Below, in pieces: positions 15,592 to 22,919 of a stretch of 32,000 bases of DNA. Position 1 is the stretch's first letter; each line of letters opens with the position of its first letter. The translations under genes and the position numbers were made by a program. The stretch is taken from the NCBI RefSeq assembly GCF_000009965.1, contig NC_006624.1, forward strand, positions 1,440,001 through 1,472,000, read 5' to 3'. This DNA comes from Thermococcus kodakarensis KOD1. GTDB lineage: Archaea > Methanobacteriota_B > Thermococci > Thermococcales > Thermococcaceae. The notes below the pieces were generated by a model. The model saw nothing but the letters and a program-made list of their open reading frames with translations, ran no database searches and was not told the origin of the DNA.

Positions 15592-18182
15592 CAGCCTCCC
15601 CTCCATATCCTCAGGGTAACTGTAATGGGCTCAATGGACGTTGGAACGTTCCTGATGCCAATGGCCTTCCCCTCAATCCCAACCAGCCGGATCCTTATGG
15701 GGTTCTTACTTCCACCCGGAATGTATCTACTGTCCCCGAGATGCTCCTTCCACAGCCTCTCGTCCGCCCCCAGCTGCAGGAAGAGGCGCACAATTGCATC
15801 GTCCAAGGCATATTTTGAGGGATCCAAATCCTCAACAGATTTTTTGAGGGGGGTATCCGAGGGCTTGCAGTTCCCGACTATGACGCTGTCTCTAGTGCCA
15901 TCACCGTTTCCAGTTAGGTCGTACCAGTATGTTAAGTTATACCCACAGGCATTGTCTTGGGCGTAGTAGGTGAAAACTTTTCCATAGGGGGCGTAGCCGT
16001 TGAGGAAATAGTGGACGATTGCGCGACTTACCGCGGGCCTGAAAGTATAATAGTCGTCTGTACTCTCGATTTTAAACTTATTAATTGAACCATTAACCAT
16101 TATATCCTTTGAGATTTTCGTGTATGCAACGCGGATCAGGTATACATCTAGGGGAAAACTGAGAAACTCCGTTTGATCTGGTCCTTCGCTTAGGGTTATA
16201 TTATTAGATGTGTCAATCAAACCAGGAGTATAGATTATTCCTGTCCATACATCAACGTACCAGGGGATGGCCTTTCCGGGGAGGTAGTAGCTGAAGTGCA
16301 TCTCGGTGTCATCTAAGGATTCCAAGTCGTGAGTCTCCTCAATTGGAATGTAAAATCTGCTCCCAGTAACCGTGGGATTGTATGATATTCTTATCCACGA
16401 GTAGGGGTACCCATAGAGTATCCTTTTGTTGTTCCATTCACGATGATAATCTTGCCCTGCATATAAAACTGAATCAAGGCCGTATTCGGCATCGAGCATG
16501 ATAACGAGGTTGAAATTCTTTCTGGAGAGGCTTTCCAGGGTAGTGTACCTTAGCAGTCCCCTCATTATGGTTGAATTGCTAATATAAAGGTTGTTTCCTA
16601 TGATGCTCGTGTTTTCATAGATTAAATTAAGGACAGTGCCGTTGGAGTAGTAAACCCTAACTTCATGTACCCCACTAAAGGTAAGGTTCATCTCAATCCC
16701 CGTTACATTACCCGGGACGAAGATGGAGTTAAGATAGTAGATACCAGTACCTTTGCTAGTTACATCGTAGAGTTTTATTAACCCAGGGTCATCGGCGTGC
16801 GGCGTTGAGGTTACGTAACCCAGATCAACCCAGCTACCGCTTCCCAGGCCAACTTCACGAGAGTCGTCATAACGCGAGACTTTCAAATACACTGTATTAG
16901 TTTCTGGCCATATTGAGGATAGGGGTATCGTAAGGTTACCTTCGGAGTTCTTCCAAGTCTTGTTGTTGAATTTGATTACATCAAAAACGTTCCCGTCTTG
17001 TCTAGTGTACACGCTGAGTACTCCATACCTTGGCCTAGTATCGGAGGGAAGGTCTATATCAAATTTAATATCAATGTTATTGTTATTGTAATAATCCTCA
17101 TCTCTACAGGAGTAGCCTGGTATAATTTCAGCATAAACACCCCTTATGATTCTCGCTGTTCTGGTATATGCCTTAGAAGACGAGATAACCCAGTGCCCCC
17201 CTAACCAACTCCGCTTCCATTTCCGAGTTATTTCCACATAGACTCCCGAGTTAAGAACGATACCCAGCTGGTCCCCACTGGGGTATTCAAACAAAATCTT
17301 AGTCACTTTATATTTCCTCGTATTGCCAACACTACTCAAGTATGAAAGATATAGCTTTAAACTATACCCATCTTTAGATAGAGTAACACCCCCTTTGTAT
17401 GATACACTCCACCCACCTAAATCGACGTTTAAGTCCACAGTACCACCACTGTACCTTCCCATAACCCGGAATCTTCCAGAAGAAACTTGAGTTGGTTTGC
17501 CTGAAGGCGTCTGGTACTGAATGGATAAAGAATTAACGGATAGGGTATAAAAATTGTAATCATGTCCACCCGGCCGGGGATTGGTGCAATACCCTCCTCC
17601 AGCAAGAACCCTCTGGATTCCGACGAGCTTTCTCTGCTCTGTCAGGACCTTCGTCAGATAAGCCTTCGCAACATAACCCCTAGGGCTCTGGTTGAAGAGA
17701 TAACCACTGACCATCATCGTAGCCGTTCCGACGTCACTGGCATTCTCATAGGAGTTGTCAAACGTGAGGAAGGGATCCGTGTAGTTGTTGATTATGAGCT
17801 GATATTTGTAGCCCCCAGCTAGATCCCTCAATATTTCACCGAGTATTAAACTTGCGTATCCTTTAAACTCAGGATGCTTGACTGAAAGTGCCCAATATGT
17901 GGCCGCTATCTGGAGGGGAGGCATCTTTGGATCAACGTACGTTAGATTTAGGGTTCCATTGGAAATCCACGTATTGATAAGCGAGGGAGAGACGAGCTGG
18001 TCTAGGGGAACAGTCCTCAATGTTTGGAGGATTCCTTCTGCAAGCTGTTTGTTTTCGGCACGCAACTGAGTAGCGTAAATACTAGAAGAGTTCTCCGTTA
18101 CTGCAACTACGCTAACCAAAACGAGAGAAACCAGTACAAGGGAAAGAATAGCGTCAAGAGTGAACACAAAACCCCTTCTCAT
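15591..18182 (-). CDS. Operon gene 8: giant pilin-like protein (863 aa) with class III signal peptide MRRG|FVFTLDAILSLVLVSLVLVSVVAV
   Basis: ATG 18182 lies 1 nt after the upstream TGA and is preceded by GGGGTGAG. At least 16 N-x-S/T sequons counted by eye. N-terminal module is paralogous to gene 7. Confidence 0.85.
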   Translation of the reverse strand: MRRGFVFTLDAILSLVLVSLVLVSVVAVTENSSSIYATQLRAENKQLAEGILQTLRTVPLDQLVSPSLINTWISNGTLNLTYVDPKMPPLQIAATYWALSVKHPEFKGYASLILGEILRDLAGGYKYQLIINNYTDPFLTFDNSYENASDVGTATMMVSGYLFNQSPRGYVAKAYLTKVLTEQRKLVGIQRVLAGGGYCTNPRPGGHDYNFYTLSVNSLSIQYQTPSGKPTQVSSGRFRVMGRYSGGTVDLNVDLGGWSVSYKGGVTLSKDGYSLKLYLSYLSSVGNTRKYKVTKILFEYPSGDQLGIVLNSGVYVEITRKWKRSWLGGHWVISSSKAYTRTARIIRGVYAEIIPGYSCRDEDYYNNNNIDIKFDIDLPSDTRPRYGVLSVYTRQDGNVFDVIKFNNKTWKNSEGNLTIPLSSIWPETNTVYLKVSRYDDSREVGLGSGSWVDLGYVTSTPHADDPGLIKLYDVTSKGTGIYYLNSIFVPGNVTGIEMNLTFSGVHEVRVYYSNGTVLNLIYENTSIIGNNLYISNSTIMRGLLRYTTLESLSRKNFNLVIMLDAEYGLDSVLYAGQDYHREWNNKRILYGYPYSWIRISYNPTVTGSRFYIPIEETHDLESLDDTEMHFSYYLPGKAIPWYVDVWTGIIYTPGLIDTSNNITLSEGPDQTEFLSFPLDVYLIRVAYTKISKDIMVNGSINKFKIESTDDYYTFRPAVSRAIVHYFLNGYAPYGKVFTYYAQDNACGYNLTYWYDLTGNGDGTRDSVIVGNCKPSDTPLKKSVEDLDPSKYALDDAIVRLFLQLGADERLWKEHLGDSRYIPGGSKNPIRIRLVGIEGKAIGIRNVPTSIEPITVTLRIWRGG

Positions 18183-18183
18183 A

Positions 18184-20673
18184 TCACTCACCCCATACCC
18201 AGAGTTTTAAAATGGCCACACGATAAATCGGCTGCATAACGGCACCAATATTACCAACGTCCTCAATCTTGACCTGTGGGAACGTGTTATGATACACCCA
18301 CAGTGAGAACGTTATACCCTCACCCATCTTAGATGAGGATGGTACAAAGCACTTCATGGGAACGATAAGGCTATTTCCTGTCCTCTGCACTACACAGTCT
18401 TGAGGGGCTTCAGTATAGTTGAACTTCGGGATAAGGGTCAAGAGTCCATAGTACAATTTAGAGTTATTTCTAACAACGACCATCACAGTATACCCAACGT
18501 ATTCCCCGGTACTGAACGAGGAGATAAGGGTGAAATTACCGTCGGAATCCGGAACAGTCACATTGAGTGCCCCGAGAGGCATCCATGAAAACATTCCCTC
18601 ATAAAGCAAAACTTTTTTATTGCCCGCAACGGTATAGCTCTGGTTGTACGTCCTATATGACACCCGAACAGTCCTCTCCGAATGCTGGATCCACGTTGAG
18701 TTTTCCATAGATTGTTCAATTAAGTTTTCATTGCTCACAAAAAATCCGCCCACCATAGAGATATTAACCCAAGCAGATTTTTCTGGAGAAAACTCATAAG
18801 TTACGTTAACGCTAGTAACGTTAATACTAACGGAGCTACCCTCCCCAGAGGCTCTACATTCGGGATACTGGAATTCCGGAGCGGGGGGCATAAGCAGGGA
18901 GGGGAGATCGAAGTCAAATGCCTCGTCCTTATCAGGGGGAAGAGATAACGAGCCTGTGCCGTTAATCTGGATGTCAAAGTTCCAGTTAACGGACATCATT
19001 TCAAATTCTATTTGATAAAACCATCCTTCCCAAAAATCATCCCAGTAATAATACCCAAGGAGAATCTCGTTGTTATAAATCAATACGTCTCTGTGCTTCC
19101 ATCTTCCTGTCATTAAGTTGTACCTGTATCCATCAAAAGAATAGCTACTCTGGCTTGTCCCAGTCCCATTCATTGCGTACCATGTGTCGCCTTTGGCATA
19201 GAGCCATCCATTTACGTAAAAGGGATTCCCAGACTCAAGCCCGATAGGAGGCTGAGTATCGTAGTACTCGTAAACATTTCCCTTAACTATCAAAGTCCCC
19301 CTTACAGTGAGTTTGCCCGAAACATATAGGTTGCCATAAACGATAAGTTTACTGTTCCAATCTATGGTAAGATCTCCATCAACATATAAGTTACCATAAA
19401 CAACCAATCTTCTGCCCGAATCAATTGTCAAGTCGCCATTAACGTGAAGATCTCTGTGGAATATATTAGTTCCCGCTACCTTCATATCCCCATTGATAAA
19501 CGCGTCCCCGTATACATCAACAGTAGTACTAGGATTCTGGGAAAAGTCCCCATTAACGTAGAGCTCGTCTTCAACCTTTAAGTTCCCAGATGGCAAACTC
19601 AATGAGCCATTGACAAAGGCCGTTCCTCCCACGTAGACTCTAAGACTTGACTGTCCATTAAAGTTTCCATTTACAAAAAGGTTTCCCCCAACCCACAGCT
19701 TCCCACTGTTTCCAACAGTGGCATCGCCACCGACATAGAGGTCATTAGAAACGTTGACGTTGCCGTTGCTCTGAACATCCAGACTACCGAGAGAGTAAAG
19801 ACTCTCATTAACCGTTAAGTATCCGCTTGATCGAACAGTCGTATCACCATACACATAAAGGTTTTTACCAAAAGTTGCATGTCCATTTGATCTAATATCA
19901 AGAGCTCCGCCAATATAGGAGTCATCTTTTATATTGGTAGCATAACCACTGCTTCCTATATGGGCATCTCCCGTAACGTAGATAGCAGAAGTCGATAGCC
20001 ATCCAGCCGAACCAACATCGAGACTGCCATTAACAGCCAAATATTGGCTTATATTAACCTTAAAGTTGTCCCCAATCTTAGTATTTCCATATACACACAC
20101 GTAATATGGATTGTAATAACTACCAAACGAAACTCCCCTATGAGTAAAATCAAACTCCCCTTGTGAACACTGGGAAGCGTTTATCAGGACAGGTGTGTCC
20201 GAGTGGTTTCCAAGCTCACCCACGCTACATGCCGTCAGTAGTTCAGCACCTGAAACAGGGGATATTGTATAGTTATAAACTAGTTGGACAGATTGATTTG
20301 GCATGGATACCATCAACTTAAAATTATATCCGTTGGAGAGATCCCACAGAGCGCTCTGAAGAGAGGGATTTCCAGCTTTCACCCCCTCAACAAGGGCCAT
20401 TACTTTTGAGTAATCCAAATTGTTACCCCTAAGCGACCTTAAACCAGGAACAATTACCGAAGCTATGTTCTTCTCCCAGTCTTCAGGTTCCCCAGGACTT
20501 CTCGTTAAAACATCCAGCATGTTCTCGGCTATGTTCGCCCTCTCGTACCAGCCAACGAGGGAAGTTATCTCGTTCTTAAGGTTCTCAGAGGTCGCTGAAA
20601 CAGTCCCAACCACCATTATTATTATGACGAGTGACAGCATCGCATCCAGGGAAAAAATCTGTCCCCTCCTCAC
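18184..20673 (-). CDS. Operon gene 7: giant pilin-like protein (829 aa) with class III signal peptide MRRG|QIFSLDAMLSLVIIIMVVGTV and a central beta-solenoid
   Basis: GTG 20673 overlaps the upstream stop as GTGA and is preceded by GGGGGGAG. About 20 N-x-S/T sequons by eye. Confidence 0.85.
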   Translation of the reverse strand: MRRGQIFSLDAMLSLVIIIMVVGTVSATSENLKNEITSLVGWYERANIAENMLDVLTRSPGEPEDWEKNIASVIVPGLRSLRGNNLDYSKVMALVEGVKAGNPSLQSALWDLSNGYNFKLMVSMPNQSVQLVYNYTISPVSGAELLTACSVGELGNHSDTPVLINASQCSQGEFDFTHRGVSFGSYYNPYYVCVYGNTKIGDNFKVNISQYLAVNGSLDVGSAGWLSTSAIYVTGDAHIGSSGYATNIKDDSYIGGALDIRSNGHATFGKNLYVYGDTTVRSSGYLTVNESLYSLGSLDVQSNGNVNVSNDLYVGGDATVGNSGKLWVGGNLFVNGNFNGQSSLRVYVGGTAFVNGSLSLPSGNLKVEDELYVNGDFSQNPSTTVDVYGDAFINGDMKVAGTNIFHRDLHVNGDLTIDSGRRLVVYGNLYVDGDLTIDWNSKLIVYGNLYVSGKLTVRGTLIVKGNVYEYYDTQPPIGLESGNPFYVNGWLYAKGDTWYAMNGTGTSQSSYSFDGYRYNLMTGRWKHRDVLIYNNEILLGYYYWDDFWEGWFYQIEFEMMSVNWNFDIQINGTGSLSLPPDKDEAFDFDLPSLLMPPAPEFQYPECRASGEGSSVSINVTSVNVTYEFSPEKSAWVNISMVGGFFVSNENLIEQSMENSTWIQHSERTVRVSYRTYNQSYTVAGNKKVLLYEGMFSWMPLGALNVTVPDSDGNFTLISSFSTGEYVGYTVMVVVRNNSKLYYGLLTLIPKFNYTEAPQDCVVQRTGNSLIVPMKCFVPSSSKMGEGITFSLWVYHNTFPQVKIEDVGNIGAVMQPIYRVAILKLWVWGE
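19270..20100 (-). repeat. Coding tandem repeats of ~20 residues (consensus h-Y-V-x-G-D-h-x-h-x-x-x-G-x-L-x-V), ~13 units, predicted beta-helix/solenoid
   Basis: Residues ~197-473 of gene 7, e.g. NGDLTIDSGRRLVVYGNLYV / DGDLTIDWNSKLIVYGNLYV. The two 60-nt units 19321-19380 and 19381-19440 match 42/60 at DNA level by hand alignment. Confidence 0.8.
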
Positions 20674-21173
20674 GGGAACTCCCCCCACTCGTCGTTCACG
20701 CTCACGTTCAGCACAACTTCAATACCGCCGTAGTACAGCTTACCGTCCCTCTCGCCGAAGCCCCTGATTTCCTTCAGGGACTCAACCATGGCCTCGCCGA
20801 CGGCGCCCACGAGTTCTTTATCTACCGTTGAGTTACTCTCGCCGAGGGTTTTAAACTTAACCAAGACTGTCATACTGTCTTCCGTTTCATTCTGGACTTT
20901 CAGACCCTCGAACACAAACCTTCCAGATAGGTAATCATAGTAGGCGGTGATATTATCATTAAGGCAGTCAAACTCAGTCCTGTTCTCGGCTATCACTCCA
21001 ACGCTGACGTACGATGCGACGTCCGAGGCGACCGACCTAATTCCCGCCAGGACAGAAACTTCGGAGTTGTTCTGCATATAGGAAGGGAGAATAACGACTA
21101 CCCCCATGAAGATAACGGCCATTATGAACAGCATTTCAAGGGCCGTCTGGCCCCTACTTCTTAACGCGGACAT
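20670..21173 (-). CDS. Operon gene 6: small pilin-like protein (167 aa), class III signal peptide MSALRSRG|QTALEMLFIMAVIFMGVVVIL
   Basis: ATG 21173 is preceded by GGGTG (6-nt spacer). Overlaps the upstream gene by 20 nt. Confidence 0.8.
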   Translation of the reverse strand: MSALRSRGQTALEMLFIMAVIFMGVVVILPSYMQNNSEVSVLAGIRSVASDVASYVSVGVIAENRTEFDCLNDNITAYYDYLSGRFVFEGLKVQNETEDSMTVLVKFKTLGESNSTVDKELVGAVGEAMVESLKEIRGFGERDGKLYYGGIEVVLNVSVNDEWGEFP

Positions 21174-21597
21174 CAATGGCACCCGCCGTTTGGTTGTAGG
21201 TGGCGTAAACCCAGAGATCTGGGGACGTCGAGTTCAGCGTAACATTGGTAGTCGCCACGAGGGGAACGGGGAGGTTCTGATAGACCCTGTAGTGTTCACC
21301 CCCTATTACCGCCGAGACATCTAGGCGTCCAGATGTGGAGTTGAGCACGACGGTTATTTTATCGCCAGCCCTAAGGTTCATCGGCACAGTTTTTTTAACG
21401 GAAAAGCCAGGCCCGGAAGAGTAAACTTTAGTCACTGTGTCCCTGAGATCAATCGCAAAGACCTTGAGCTTTGACGTCTTGTCCGTGAGCTCCGCACTCT
21501 CGACCTGGCGGGACGCAAGGGAAACTAGGCTGAGCACGGTGAGGGTAATCAGGGTGAAGGCAAAGATGACGTCAATGCTCAGCTGTCCGCGTCCCAT
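21154..21597 (-). CDS. Operon gene 5: small pilin-like protein (147 aa), class III signal peptide MGRG|QLSIDVIFAFTLITLTVLSLVSL
   Basis: ATG 21597 shares one base with the upstream TGA and has GGTGA 6 nt upstream. GTG 21600 is an alternative start. Confidence 0.8.
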   Translation of the reverse strand: MGRGQLSIDVIFAFTLITLTVLSLVSLASRQVESAELTDKTSKLKVFAIDLRDTVTKVYSSGPGFSVKKTVPMNLRAGDKITVVLNSTSGRLDVSAVIGGEHYRVYQNLPVPLVATTNVTLNSTSPDLWVYATYNQTAGAIDVRVKK

Positions 21598-22262
21598 CAC
21601 GACTCACCTGGGTTGATGTAGATGTGTATCTCCCCAGCGGTCTCGTTATAGGTCCACATCTCGTCTTGATGCGGATTCCACCCCGGAGTCCACTCCACAA
21701 CTATCTTCAGGTAGGAAGGCAACGTCTCGGGGGGAATTACAAGACCATAGACAGTTGTGGAGGTGCTCGACCCATCAAGCTTAATTTGAGTGCTGTTCCC
21801 AAAGGTGGAGTTCCAAACGGTAGAGTTCCCGAGGAGGTTGACGGCGTATAAGGATCTGCTCCAGAATACGCTCTTATTGTCGCCACTCAGAGCAGCGTTT
21901 GTTGTTCCCGTTCTGTTTATGATCGTAATATAAACCCCATAGTCACTTCCATAGGGCCCATAGGTGATGAATATTCCAGGATCAGTAACGCTCCACGCTC
22001 TCTCAAGATAGGAGGGGTTCCTAAGATAAACCAGCTTGACGTAGGATGTAGCCTTGGATCCCGGGCCCTGGGCATAGACCTGGCTGATCGTGTTCGAGAT
22101 CGTATTTGCAAGGTTTTTCTCCTCAAGGGCCGTCTGGATTTTGAGAGTTTCGACCGATGGAGTACCCTCGCTAAACGACGTGTTCCGTATGGAGTACAGG
22201 AGTAGTATCGTAAACAGCCCGAAGATTATTATGAACTCAAGCGATATCTGACCCCTTCTCAC
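21597..22262 (-). CDS. Operon gene 4: pilin-like protein (221 aa), class III signal peptide MRRG|QISLEFIIIFGLFTILLLYSI
   Basis: The track ORF starts at TTG 22289. GTG 22262 is preceded by GGAGGGG with a 7-nt spacer and gives the same MRRGQ leader as its neighbours. Confidence 0.8.
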   Translation of the reverse strand: MRRGQISLEFIIIFGLFTILLLYSIRNTSFSEGTPSVETLKIQTALEEKNLANTISNTISQVYAQGPGSKATSYVKLVYLRNPSYLERAWSVTDPGIFITYGPYGSDYGVYITIINRTGTTNAALSGDNKSVFWSRSLYAVNLLGNSTVWNSTFGNSTQIKLDGSSTSTTVYGLVIPPETLPSYLKIVVEWTPGWNPHQDEMWTYNETAGEIHIYINPGES

Positions 22263-22304
22263 AGATGTTCCCCTCCGTTCACTACCCAATACGGCACCCT
22301 CTAT

Positions 22305-22919
22305 TTAATCATTGCCCTCCACTTCTACAACAAAAGTACCAGAGCGCTGGTTAAACGTTTTGACGCCAAAATAATCGTTTCCAAAGAGCTTAAAGCGATA
22401 GTTCTCAGGCCTTAGCCCATGCCTTCTCACGAGTTCGGCCATCTCATCTATGAAGAGCTGAGTCAGTTCGTAGTAGCTGAGATCCATTCTATCCCTAATC
22501 CACCATCTAAGGAAAAGAACCAGCGGAGCAATTGACAGAACTGGGAGTATGACGAGAGACCCGGATAACACCAAAAGGCCTGTTGAGACCGCAATGACAG
22601 CACCATATAGGGCATAGGCAGTTTTTTCGGCCTTCTTCAAAGTCTTTACCTTCTTCACTTTAGCCTCCCAGATGTCAAGAAGGGCAGGATTGTAGAAGTC
22701 AAAGGCCGTGTGTCTCTTCCCTTTCGCTATTCTCTGCCTGATTAGATCATCCCAGTCATCCGTGTAGTATATGACTTCCCCACGAAGCCTGGCCCGCTCG
22801 GCATCTATGGAGGAGATTATCCTGATGATATCCTCCGCACTCTCGTGGGCTATGTGGGAATAGACGGACTTCTCATCGAGGTCGAGGGCAGCTTCAACAG
22901 AGTCCTTTACTATGCTCAT
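22305..22919 (-). CDS. Operon gene 3: membrane protein (204 aa) with a cytoplasmic N-domain, a central TM hairpin and a C-domain
   Basis: ATGA overlap (22916-22919) with the tubulin-like gene. Hydrophobic hairpin AYALYGAVIAVSTGLLVLSGSLVILPVLSIAPLVLFL. No family recognised. Confidence 0.75.
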   Translation of the reverse strand: MSIVKDSVEAALDLDEKSVYSHIAHESAEDIIRIISSIDAERARLRGEVIYYTDDWDDLIRQRIAKGKRHTAFDFYNPALLDIWEAKVKKVKTLKKAEKTAYALYGAVIAVSTGLLVLSGSLVILPVLSIAPLVLFLRWWIRDRMDLSYYELTQLFIDEMAELVRRHGLRPENYRFKLFGNDYFGVKTFNQRSGTFVVEVEGND

